From contig NW_005434477.1 in assembly GCF_000315625.1 (NCBI RefSeq), positions 1,841 through 65,840 on the forward strand: DNA of 64,000 bases. The letters are read 5' to 3'. Shown here piece after piece: positions 51,801 to 64,000 of the stretch. This stretch comes from Guillardia theta CCMP2712. Its lineage: Eukaryota; Protista; Cryptophyta. Position numbers and translations under genes: made by a program. The notes under the pieces were generated by a model that made no database searches, was not told the origin of the DNA, and saw only the letters and a list, made by a program, of their open reading frames with translations. Position 1 is the stretch's first letter. Every line of letters begins with the position of its first letter.

Positions 51801-52535
51801 TCGTGTCTTCAAGGTTGAATTCCTCCAAGTTTTCTGCGTCGATGAGCTCAGGGAGGTGTTTGCGAGCGACAATGTGATTCTCTTCGTCCTCTCCCACGCG
51901 CGCGGGTTGACTTCCACCACCAGGGCTTGCTGGACTGGAACCCGGATACCTTGCTGCACGTCTTCAAGTTTGAACATGGGTAAAGTCATGTCGAGGCCAA
52001 GGAAACAGCGCTGAAAATCTCACGTGCAGATACAAGACGACAAGCCCGGCAGCGCGGCAACTCGTTGAAGTTCTGGCTGAACTCCCCCTTGAATCCAAGA
52101 GAAAGTTCCTCAGCTTCTGCACTGGCTGCCCCCGCCTGCCAGTTGGAGGTGACGCGTCCAGCTCTGTCTGTCACTCCATGACTAGACTCGCAGGATTCGC
52201 TGCCTTGAAGCCTCCGCTAACCGTCGTCAAGAAAGAACTTCCACAAGATGCTGCGCAGAATATGTTGGACCAGCAGCTCCCATCGGTATGACTTCCGCTC
52301 CCTCCATCCGCTCCCTCCCTCGGTCCCTCCATCCGCGCGACTCTTCTTCCTCTGTTCGTGTATGATGGTCCCACAGGTCATGACATGTGCCAACTATCTC
52401 AAACTGCCCGAGTACAGTTCGCCCAGGCAAGCGACTTTCTCTCTTTGTGCTTCACTGACTGCGAGCTACAGCATCATGAAAGAACGTCTTTGTGTAGCGT
52501 TTCAAGAGGCGAACGGCAGCTTTCACCTCTCATGA
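45801..52535 (+). CDS. TRIP12/UFD4/UPL3-like ARM-HECT E3 ubiquitin ligase; many introns
   Basis: ALNQLCEVLCMATEDTL..EIMLHACRAI..LCSKLKSIEYIDVAEQAL..VLSFLDFF; VSTFEM; YPFL; RQKVRV.R..LEIEFSGEVGTGKGPTQEFF; GLFPAP; RLLDLP; LKPPLTVVKK; LPSVMTCANYLKLPEYSS..SFHLS*. Confidence 0.95.
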
Positions 52536-52885
52536 TTCCTTGACTCTTCATGTCCACATTGCAGGTACAGTTTTCAGAAAAGAATCGTGTAGTAGCGGTT
52601 GACGAGTTTGCAGATGTACAACCTTGTAAAAAGATTCGGTGTCTCACAATTTTAGCAACTATGAGCCTAGAAGGATGTTGCAGACCTATGCAACCTTGTA
52701 CGTTCAGCGTGGAAAGCCTTGTATTTTCGCAAGACTTCCCGTTGATCTGCAGGATCCTCCAAAGATTTATGTAGATGCAGATCGAAATCAATGTCGCAGA
52801 AAACAAACTCACTCATCAACTCTCAGTCTTATCACTTAGTTTACATACATTCAAAGATCACAAGTTGTCAGCGTCTGCTCAACTT

Positions 52886-54901
<2,016 letters not shown>

Positions 54902-55331
54902 ATTTGTATGGCTCTTTTGGGGATCAGAGGGGAGATGTAACGATGAAACTCATTCTTGCAGGATCCTGAAGCAATATATGTCAGTCTCTATCTCCTCTCT
55001 CCCCTGTCCCATTCCTCTGTTTGTTTCCTCTCCCCTTGTTATCCTTTCTTGTTCTGGTCTCCCCCTCTCTCCTCCTTTGATCAATCGTTTCCTCGCCTCC
55101 TCTGTCCTCCTCTGTCCTCCTCTCCTCTCCTCTCCTCTCCTCTCCGTCTCTCATTTTGCTGCATTTTTTTCCCGCCAAGGGAGTAAAACTCTGCAAACAA
55201 TAAAAAAATCTTGTAAAACCTCGAAGTTTTTCGCTGTAAAGGATAAAAAACATTTGAGTCTCCCCGACCGTCGGACACACTCACCGGGTCGATTTTGTAG
55301 GAAAGAAACTTCAGTGACTTGGTTCAAGTCA

Positions 55332-55469
<138 letters not shown>

Positions 55470-55626
55470 GGAACTCGGAGGGAGCAATCAGTCGTGCCGT
55501 GTCGATTCATAGTTGTCATGAAGAGGTCCGCGGGCTCATTGCAGCATTCCAACAAGACAAGATTAATTTAATCTGATTAACATTGAGGTTCATACTTCAT
55601 ATTCACATTATGTTAGAAGAGACTTG

Positions 55627-58600
55627 CTAGGAGGTTCTGTCTTCGGTGATGATCACGTGCAAAGTATGCGACGACTTCCTACGCGCCTCCTCCATCGTCG
55701 CCGCCTCTACCTTGGCGTCTTCACCGGCGTGCGCCACTCGCATCCCCTGCTTTCGCTTCCTCGACATGGTTGAAATGGCCCCGAAGAGCTTTGTGGCATC
55801 TCCAACGAGGCTGACGAGGATCATGGGGGCGATCGAGACGATGAGGAAGGTGACGTACAAGTTGTTGAGACCTGCTGTTTCAATCCTCCCAAACGACGAG
55901 AGCAGGAATGAGAGGCAGATCCCCATGTTGCCTGTCGCTGCAGCGATGTGCGACAGCCATGCCAGCCGGTCGATCTGAGGGGAGAAGAGGAGGAGCAAGA
56001 TGAGATCGACGGCCATGAAGACTGACATGCTCAGGGTCCTCAGAATGTCGGTGAAGGCAAGCAAAGAAGTAGCCAACGAGTACACGATCCGCATGCCAAC
56101 GGAGTACAAGCCATACCACCAGGCATGCTTGCAGACTTCTTCCAACAACACCCCGAATCGCTTCATGTACAGCCATGACTCCAAGTGCCGCTCCGCCGCC
56201 TCGTCGACAGTCCACTCGCCTCGCGCAAACAAGGTGCTCATAGAAGCAGCAGCAGCGAACAGAGAAGTCGCTGACGCTTGCTTCACCGCAGTCTTCGCTT
56301 CACTCAAGGCTTGCTTCTGGGTTCTCTCTTTCCACAGGATCTTCGAATCATACCCGCACGTGAAGTAGGTCATGAAGGTGAACTCTGCCAGCACTGCCAG
56401 CAGGGCGACATATCCAAACACAACGTAGACGGTACATCCGCTAGTCATCGCCAGAGCAGCCGCAAGTGACAGCCCTTGAATCTGAGTGATGGCAACTGGC
56501 AGCTCCCAGGAGAGGAAGGGAGTGGTCAGGACCTCTTCGTCTGACCTGATTCTCTTCCAGAGCACGTACAAGTAGCTCAGGTGGACGCGGAAAAGAGCTG
56601 AGAACAGCAAGGACAGGAGGCAAGCAACGAAGGTAGACAGCAGCTCGTTGTCAGACCTCATAGCGTTGCCGCAGCTGCCCTCCTCCTTGACGTCAGGGAA
56701 GAAGGAGAAGAAGTAGTAGTTGGACCAGCGCAGGCCCCCTGCCAGCGACGTGATCTCCTCAGTCCGAGCTCCTCCTGCGATAAGATCGCTCATCGCTATG
56801 AACTGAGTCTGCAGGATCAGAGAGAGGGCGAGGGAGGCGCTTCGACCAGTCGACGCAGAAGAAGTCGCCGAGGTGGTTGCTGATGTTGATGCTGACACAG
56901 ACGCTGATGCTGTTGCCCCGCTTACTGACGACAGGGCAGGAAGGGCAGTCGACACCATGGCACTTGTCACGATCGACGTGGTTGCCATGACAGTAGAGGT
57001 TGTGATCACCTTTGTGACAACAGAAACTGTCTCGGGAGTCAACGACGAGTTACTCGCCCTGGTTGGTAGTGGAGTTGTTGTAGCAGCAACGGGCCGTTGG
57101 GTCTGAGGAGGAGGAGGAGGAGGAGTTGTGATGACCCTTGACGATACAGCCGTATGAGCTGCAGGGACTGAGACAGGTGTCATGACCTTTGACGCGGTCG
57201 AGACAACAGATCCCGTCTGAGAGCCATACGGCAGATTGCTGGTTGTTGGCGACGCAACAGTCGTTACATGGGCAACAAGTGAAGGAGTCTGAGTAGTTGT
57301 GATAACCCTGGTTATAGTCGAAGTTGATCGTGCAGAAATAGTAGACGTTGCAGCTGATGCTTCAACCGTTGTCGAACTTGTGGGAGGTTTTGTAGAAATA
57401 GTTGATGTTGTAGACGTGGAGAGAGGAGTGGTGGAAGGTTGTAGTGAAGTATGTTCAGTTGACATCTGTTCGTCTATCATTGCATTTGTTAGATTCCTCA
57501 GCTCGTTCGAACACTCCGGCAGCGTCTCATCTACATAACCATACAGCAAGAAATGTCCCACAACGTTTCCATGCGCAAATCGCTGGTCTGTGAACCCTGC
57601 AAGCACCTCGCCCACCTCGAAACTCCAGGTTGCATTGTAGCAAGGCAACGAGTGACCTCGAAGCAAGATGGTCGTGTAAGGAGAAATTCCTAGTTGCGAT
57701 GAGATTGACGCTACAGGGTTGTCGTAGAGGTCAAGAAATTCAAGGAACATTGAGACGCCGTTGAAACTTCCGTCTTGAAGGTTGACAATCCTGTTGTTTG
57801 AAAGATCCAGTTCGTTCAAGTTTGATAGACCATAGAACGCTCCTGTTGCGATGTTTGCGATCTGGTTGCCTGACAAGTCCAGCATGTTCAAGTGTGCCAT
57901 GTGAAGGAAGGCTCCTGCTGGGACGCTTGTGATGCGGTCGTTGATGATGTAGAGCTCGATCAGCTGTGACAAGTTGCTGATTGACGTGGCTGGCACCTCG
58001 GTCAGCCGGTTGTCAATGAGATACAACTCCTCCAAGTTTGAAAGCCCGTCAAAAGTTCCTGCTGGCAGATCTTGAAGCTGATTGTGCGCGATCCACAGGA
58101 CCTGCAAGGACGAGAGCCTGCTGAACATGCCTGGATGTACTGAGAGTTGGTCAAAGTTGTACAGATACAAGTTGGTCAACTGCGTCAGCTCGGTCAGGAC
58201 GCATCCGGTCAACGTTGTATCGTCATCCCCGACAGACTTGTACAGGTAGAGCGCTTTCAGTGCCTGAAGCCTCTCGAGGTTCTGGTGGCAGAGAGGCCTG
58301 AGAACCTCCGAGTCCGTTCCAAGGCCAACCAAGCTCGTCATGTTCAAGGTCTCGATCTGCACGCTTGTCAGCAGGTTGTGCTCGAGCAGAAGGATCTGAA
58401 TGCTGACGAGGCCCTGGAAGGCTCCCGCAGAGACCTCAATGAGCAGGTTGTTGCTGAGGGACAAGAACTTGAGGTGTGTGAGCGATTGAAAGCCATGGAC
58501 TGGAAGGGTTGTGATGAAATTGTTGTCCAACGACAGGGAGGACAAGGCAGATAGATCAGCAAAACAATCAACCGGCAGCACTGAGAACTTGTTGTTGGAG

Positions 58601-59496
58601 AGGTCCAACGAGTCCATCATGAAAAGCCCTTGAAATGCTCCCGAAGGAAGGGTAGACAAGTGGTTGTCATAGAGGTCCAACGTCTGTAGGGTCTGCAGCC
58701 CTTGGAAAGCTCCAGAGGAGATGCTTGTCAGCTGATTGCTGCAGATGCTGAGACGAAATAAGTAAGTCAGGCCATGGAAGGCTCCTGCAGCAAGAGATGA
58801 CAAACGATTGTTGTGCAGCGTCAGCCATTCCAACCTAGAAAGATCATCGAAGACGCTTGACGAGATATTGACAAGTTGATTGTTCTCAAGAAACAAAAAG
58901 TAAAGGCCCTCGAGACCTTTGAATGTGCCTGGAGATAATTCGGCCATGAGATTGTGTTCAAGACAAACAAAACCTACGCTTGAAAGGTTGCTGAAGGAAT
59001 TGTCCGGAAGACGCTCAAGCTGATTGTCTGATAGGCCTAGATACCACAGGCTCGAGAGGCCTCGGAAGATCGTCTCGGGGATGCTGGTCAACTCATTCTC
59101 GTCGAGGTGAAGATACAGCAAACTTGAGAGGCCTGTAAAGATGGTCGCCGGGAGGCTCGCAATCTGGTTTCCTCGGAGATCCATTGTTTGCAAGTTGATG
59201 AGACTGTGAAATTCTCCCCCTTGAAAACTTGTGAGGTAGTTGTATGCGAGAGACAGCTGTCGCAAGCTAATTGTATCTTGGAATACCGCTGGTGAGATAC
59301 TTCGAATCCCTCGGAATCTCAAATCGAGAGAGCTACAGTTGGTCGCGCAGCTCCCGGTCTTGGTCAACTCCCCTCTGTCTGATACCAAGAACAAGCATCC
59401 GCCACAGGGATAGCTCTGACTTGCAGCACACGTGAAATGCGTCAGCAAGATTCCGAGCAGACTAGACAAAACCGAGTGTGAAGCACCCTTGCACAT
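55627..59496 (-). CDS. Intronless cell-surface LRR protein: signal peptide, ~20 LRRs, Thr/Ser mucin-like stalk, multi-pass TM domain (1289 aa)
   Basis: Repeated LxxLxLxxNxLxxLPxxxFxGL units; T/S/P-rich stalk; QFIAM...LRWSN followed by about 7 hydrophobic helices. Confidence 0.93.
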   Translation of the reverse strand: MCKGASHSVLSSLLGILLTHFTCAASQSYPCGGCLFLVSDRGELTKTGSCATNCSSLDLRFRGIRSISPAVFQDTISLRQLSLAYNYLTSFQGGEFHSLINLQTMDLRGNQIASLPATIFTGLSSLLYLHLDENELTSIPETIFRGLSSLWYLGLSDNQLERLPDNSFSNLSSVGFVCLEHNLMAELSPGTFKGLEGLYFLFLENNQLVNISSSVFDDLSRLEWLTLHNNRLSSLAAGAFHGLTYLFRLSICSNQLTSISSGAFQGLQTLQTLDLYDNHLSTLPSGAFQGLFMMDSLDLSNNKFSVLPVDCFADLSALSSLSLDNNFITTLPVHGFQSLTHLKFLSLSNNLLIEVSAGAFQGLVSIQILLLEHNLLTSVQIETLNMTSLVGLGTDSEVLRPLCHQNLERLQALKALYLYKSVGDDDTTLTGCVLTELTQLTNLYLYNFDQLSVHPGMFSRLSSLQVLWIAHNQLQDLPAGTFDGLSNLEELYLIDNRLTEVPATSISNLSQLIELYIINDRITSVPAGAFLHMAHLNMLDLSGNQIANIATGAFYGLSNLNELDLSNNRIVNLQDGSFNGVSMFLEFLDLYDNPVASISSQLGISPYTTILLRGHSLPCYNATWSFEVGEVLAGFTDQRFAHGNVVGHFLLYGYVDETLPECSNELRNLTNAMIDEQMSTEHTSLQPSTTPLSTSTTSTISTKPPTSSTTVEASAATSTISARSTSTITRVITTTQTPSLVAHVTTVASPTTSNLPYGSQTGSVVSTASKVMTPVSVPAAHTAVSSRVITTPPPPPPQTQRPVAATTTPLPTRASNSSLTPETVSVVTKVITTSTVMATTSIVTSAMVSTALPALSSVSGATASASVSASTSATTSATSSASTGRSASLALSLILQTQFIAMSDLIAGGARTEEITSLAGGLRWSNYYFFSFFPDVKEEGSCGNAMRSDNELLSTFVACLLSLLFSALFRVHLSYLYVLWKRIRSDEEVLTTPFLSWELPVAITQIQGLSLAAALAMTSGCTVYVVFGYVALLAVLAEFTFMTYFTCGYDSKILWKERTQKQALSEAKTAVKQASATSLFAAAASMSTLFARGEWTVDEAAERHLESWLYMKRFGVLLEEVCKHAWWYGLYSVGMRIVYSLATSLLAFTDILRTLSMSVFMAVDLILLLLFSPQIDRLAWLSHIAAATGNMGICLSFLLSSFGRIETAGLNNLYVTFLIVSIAPMILVSLVGDATKLFGAISTMSRKRKQGMRVAHAGEDAKVEAATMEEARRKSSHTLHVIITEDRTS

Positions 59497-59569
59497 TGTT
59501 GTCTTATCCTCTGAAACGCCTCAAGGCGCTGTATCTTGACACGCTGTGCATGTAGACAGCGAGAGAAGT

Positions 59570-59961
59570 CGAAGGAGAGGAGAAGAAAGGTGTCGGGAAG
59601 GAGAGGGAGAAGAAAGGTGTCGGGAAGGAGAGGGAGAAGGAAGGTGTCGGGAAGGAGAAGGAGAAGGAAGGTGTTGGGAAGGAGAGGGAGAAGGAAGGTG
59701 TTGGGAAGGAGAAGGAGAAGGATGGTGTCGGGAAGGAGAGGGAGAAGGAAGGTGTCGGGAAGGAGAAGGAGAAGGATGGTGTCGGGAAGGAGAAGGAGAA
59801 GGAAGGTGTCGGGAAGGAGAAGGAGAAGGAAGGTTCCGGGAAGACAGAGAGGGAGAAGGAAGGTGTCGGGAAGACAGAGAAGGGGAAGGAAGGTGTCGGG
59901 AAGACAGAGAGGGAGAAGGAAGGTGTTGGGAAGGAGAGGGAGAAGGAAGGTGTTGGGAAGG
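59570..59961. repeat. Purine-rich minisatellite, ~27-bp unit (with 33-bp variants), about 14 copies
   Basis: Unit gaaggaaggtgtcgggaaggagaggga with variants such as ...gggaagacagagagggag... Confidence 0.9.
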
Positions 59962-60019
59962 AGCACGAGTGTTTGTGTTACAAGTCCCTCACGTCACGCC
60001 TTTGCTCACCAGGCGCAAG

Positions 60020-60910
60020 GAGTACCCCACCCCCACAAGCCTCCGGGTCTAGTACCCCACCAGATTTCTTATCGTCAACTTAGGGTCGATGTGACCCCTG
60101 GTAGAGTACCCCTCAATAACCCCCTGCCACCCGGCCCGTGACAAAAAATGACCGTGAAGTTTACACCTCCAATGGTTGACTAGGCCTGACCCCTTCAAGG
60201 AGTTCGGCGACTCGAACTTGCTCGGGCCCGGGCCCGGGCCACCGTCGGTCAGGCCGGGCCGGCTTCCACCGTGATTCAATGATGCGGTAGCCCCGCAGCA
60301 CGGTACCGTGACTACGGTATGCCGCTAAGTTAGTTAGTACTAGTATCTTTGAGTAAAGAACTTCGCCGCGCCCGCGCCGCACCGTGGCAGGCGATTTGGC
60401 CCGGCACTGAGAGCCCGGCGCCCGGTTGAAGAGAAAAAACCGTGCGGCCCGGGCCCTGTGAGCGAACCACTCACTGCTCCGAGCGGCTAAGTTCAATCGG
60501 ATCCGATGAACCCGGGCGGCCCGCCGGGCGGCGGCCGGGCCCGACCCCCCGGCCCGGGGAGCCCGGCCCGGGGCTGGCCGGGCATCGTACCACTCAGTGT
60601 CCCGGCGATGCGGCGCTGACCCATGTCATCATAGACGGTACCCACCCCTCCTTCAAACACCAACCACCCCTAGCTGTCATACCCTTGCCGTAGTGAATTG
60701 ATGGGGTGCTGTGAAGTCCATAATCGCTACACCTCCTACCCCTACCCTATAAGTCACTACCCCTATACCTACCTTCTAAAGCACCCCATCCGCCCCACTG
60801 GTCCTGTCTCACGAAGTCCACCCCACCATGTCTACTAGAAGTTTAACATCGCTACACCCCTCAAGTAAAAAGTTTGAGGACTGAGGTGGTAGGGGTAGTG
60901 ACCCCCAGTT
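60020..60910. promoter_or_regulatory. Composite intergenic island 9: TACCCC zone, GC palindrome core (60170-60620), TACCCC zone
   Basis: gtacccc words flank gggcccgggcccgggcc, cacggtaccgtg, tagtacta; upstream of the LRR gene. Confidence 0.5.
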
Positions 60911-61439
60911 TCTTTCTCGGACGCAAAGGTACCGGTCCTCTTGCTCCCCCGCCACAAACCCCGCCATGAGCAGCCGCGGAGAGGAGAGCGGGAGCAGGCG
61001 ATGCGCAGAGTCGATGAAGAAATGGATGAGGCAAGAAGCAAGCAGATCCAGATCAGACACGTAGAGTACATGGCACCGTTGCAGAGCGCCCATGAAGACT
61101 GTAATATGAGTGAGAAATCAGGGAGGGTTGGGAGGGAGAGCAAGCAAGGACAGCATCAGGGATGAAGACATGGAGGAAGCCAAGAGGAGAATGCGATCAT
61201 GCAAGTGAATAGTACGAACATCATGATGTGCTAGAGGTGGAGTGTAATGAGTCCAGAAAGGGGTCGATGAATTACAACCGCAGGAGAAATTTATTGCCAA
61301 ATCCGAGATATTCTGGTTGGGGAAACGAGAAGGCGTATGATCGGAGGGAAGGAGATAGAGGAATAGAATTTATTAGAGAGAAGTTTTTGTTAATTGATGT
61401 CGTTGGCAAAAAGTTGGTTGAGAATGATAGAGCAAAACG

Positions 61440-64000
61440 ATCGATTTCAATGTATTTGAAAGCGGCGAACTTTCACCAAAAGTAATTTCAACATGTCGAG
61501 ATCGTCTCGGTGAAGCATATGGAGCAGATTGGACTCTGAGATATGCAAAATAGATTCATCTTGCTTTTTGAGTTTAATGAAAGCTTCTTGTAGTTGGTGC
61601 CAAACATGGATCATCACTACACTGGAACCAAGACAGTCTCTGGGGCTCTTCACAAAGTGAACAAAGAATTCAAGAAAGTCAGCAAGTCGTTAACTAGGTT
61701 CAGTCTGATTCTTTCGGTGTGCCTAAATTGATGTTGAAAACACTTGAACAGTGATGATACCTTCCGAAGCTTTATGGATAAAACCACAAGCGCTCTCACC
61801 TTTGATGGCGTGAAGAAGGTACGACTGGGGTGCCGCTATCCTCTCCACTTCGTGCACACTGATCTAGAAGAATGTTTGACTGTTGTTTCTATGAAAGGCT
61901 ATTCTCAAAGCAACAAGTTTCGAGCATGGTCCTCCAAAAGAAAAACATGTCCAGGTTCCCATTGGATCCCGGTTTTGTGACCGGTCTGAATCGTTGTGCT
62001 GTAGACTCTGATACAGGAGTGCCAATATAACAATTCCCCGGAATTGCTTCAGGAGGTGAAGTCGATTTGTGTGCTTTTCCCTCCAGTGTTTAAGTTTTCG
62101 TTGGGAAGCTTGCCGGCAGATTGCATAACAAAGATGCCACGGTGACCTCTGAGTTGGGTGGTTTCAAGAACCCTGAATTTCTGGTAGGTTGTACTCAAAG
62201 CTTTGATGGTCTTTCATCGTCTTCTCTCGGACTCTCCCAGGTATTTGTTCAACAAGGCTCTCCATGCACGTGGAAGTGTAAATCGATTGCAGATCTGCCA
62301 ACATGTACAAGGCCTGTTACTCCCTGCGAAATGAGGTAAAGTAGACATCAAGCTGCAAGCATTTCCTTTCATCCGCTTTCTCGCAGTTCAACGTTAGAAG
62401 ATTCTTGGATGAATCCACCCACGAGAGCATGCAAGCTTCAAGGTTTCTTGCTATCCCATGCTTTCTGTTGTGCTTATTCGACGTGTAAGAATGGTTCGGC
62501 ACTATGCTTTGTACTTGGAAGAAAAGATCCACGCTTTTAAGAAAACCAGATTTGACTACGAGCGTGTAAGTCATTCTGAATGCAATTTTGTAACAGCTTG
62601 CTGACAGTCTTTGTCTTGACAGCACTCATCAGACTCTTCAGAGCATATTGACAGCGTAATTCAATTCGATAATAGTGTTGAACTGATCATGACTGTGGTG
62701 TTTTACAGCTTTCCACGGAGCAGTTGATCATCGATGTAGAAGCCATGATGCTTCTTCTGGATGCCGGCTATAGGTTAAGCTTTGGGTGTATTGATTTGAA
62801 TCTCAGACCTTAGCAGCTGCTCGTTCCGTGAAAATTCCGTAGTCCACCCTACATCCATCGCAGCATTTTCGATTGTGTTCAAGGTGTGTAATTGAACTGA
62901 AAGGATGCACATTTGTCACATGAATGACTGCTTGGGGTAGGATGTGAGGGTTCTCTATCAGAGCCTGAACAAAGCTATTCTCCGTCTTCTTGACAACTAC
63001 TTTGAGTTACCGAAGGTGTGTCGGACGCATCGTTTTGAAAATGCAGATGGTAACTTGTGTTTCAGGCGATTGCGGAGAAAATTTTGACTCTGTACAAGAT
63101 GTTTCTGGACCACAACAAGAAGGTTGTGACGAATTCCCCTACTGAACATGTCGATTGAGTTGGATCTACTAGATCAGCAATGTCTTCGATGATGCTCGAG
63201 AATTGCTTGGACATGAAAAAGTCGAGCTGAGGTGAGCATGCTGGAGAGTGGAGTATACGAGGCGGTTTAAATTTGCAATATGCAGCGTTCCTCCTGAATC
63301 ATTCCTGGAGTCTTTGGAGAAGTACTTGGAGGTATTGTGAAATACTTATTGATGCTATTCCATTAACAAGTGCCCGCTAGAACGACGACTTCACGCCTTC
63401 GCAAAAAGACAGGGCTGTCTTGGAGGTAGTTGGACCTGTCCCCGAAAGCTTGGCATCTTACTTGTATTTTTATAGGACGTGACGAATGCTCCAGTATGGA
63501 ATTTTCCTCCATGTTGCGCACCAAGTAGGGTAGAGTTGACTTTGTTCCAAGATTATCCAGCTTGAAGATCTTATCGGAGAAGTGGGAAACCTGAATGTTG
63601 ACAACGGAGTAAGTGTGAATGTGGAGATCCAAAAGGTGTTTGACATCATAGTAGGGAACCAAGAAGGACGTTCTCGAAGACATTTTTGGAAGTCCATCGA
63701 GTGCTCCACAGGCATGAAATTCTGTTTCTCTCGTATTTTTGTGATCTCAGTACTGAAAGTGCGCCTCAGATGTCACCTCCCTTACAATCTACAAACATGG
63801 GGGCCTCCGGGTAAATTTCTCGTCCTTGTGTTGAAGCCTTGTGATCGCTATGTTAGAATGCCTGCTGCATCGATGCAGAGCAACTTCGGACAGAACGCCA
63901 TGACATCCTTCAGCCCGAGGTGTTTGATGTCTCCTTTTTCCTTTGAAGTTAATCATCTCAATTCAAGTGATCCATTCGGTTCTGGACCGGCTCAGAGCCT
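61440..64000 (-). pseudogene. Decayed coding-like sequence, possibly a pseudogene or element relic; continues beyond the window
   Basis: Protein-like minus-strand fragments (63363-63683, 62317-62625, 61447-61653) broken by frequent stops and frame changes; lower GC; family not recognised. Confidence 0.3.

Noticed and set aside
59442-60141. CRISPR-like array or repeat protein
   Set aside because: Units are contiguous with no unique spacers and no cas genes nearby; the context is eukaryotic. It is a minisatellite.

Overview
Gene-dense eukaryotic nuclear DNA, most consistent with a cryptophyte alga (Guillardia theta-like). This is inferred from many ~45-55 nt GT/GC-AG introns with CTGAC branch sites, bipartite signal+F/W plastid leaders and microsatellite-filled introns. 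About 20 intron-containing or single-exon genes can be traced by hand: Sec61 alpha, a UBE3A-like AZUL-HECT ligase, a thylakoid-type cyclophilin, a cyclin, a VAT-1/MDR oxidoreductase, an organellar EF-P with altered functional loops, a highly divergent TBP-fold protein resembling giant-virus TBP-like factors, a PDZ-FKBP fusion, a TRIP12/UPL3-like HECT ligase, Rad9, and an intronless LRR-mucin-multiTM receptor, plus hypothetical genes and a decayed coding-like region at the right end. There are two assembly gaps. The most striking unexplained structure is a recurring (about 9 times) composite intergenic island made of a TACCCC/GGGGTA-rich zone and/or a palindrome-dense GC core. It sits only on the 5' side of genes and never at convergent 3' junctions. 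Other highlights are a shared Arg/poly-Ser pre-signal leader on two unrelated proteins and repeated apparent 1-nt frameshifts in conserved genes (probably assembly errors). Exon boundaries were traced by eye and some are uncertain.
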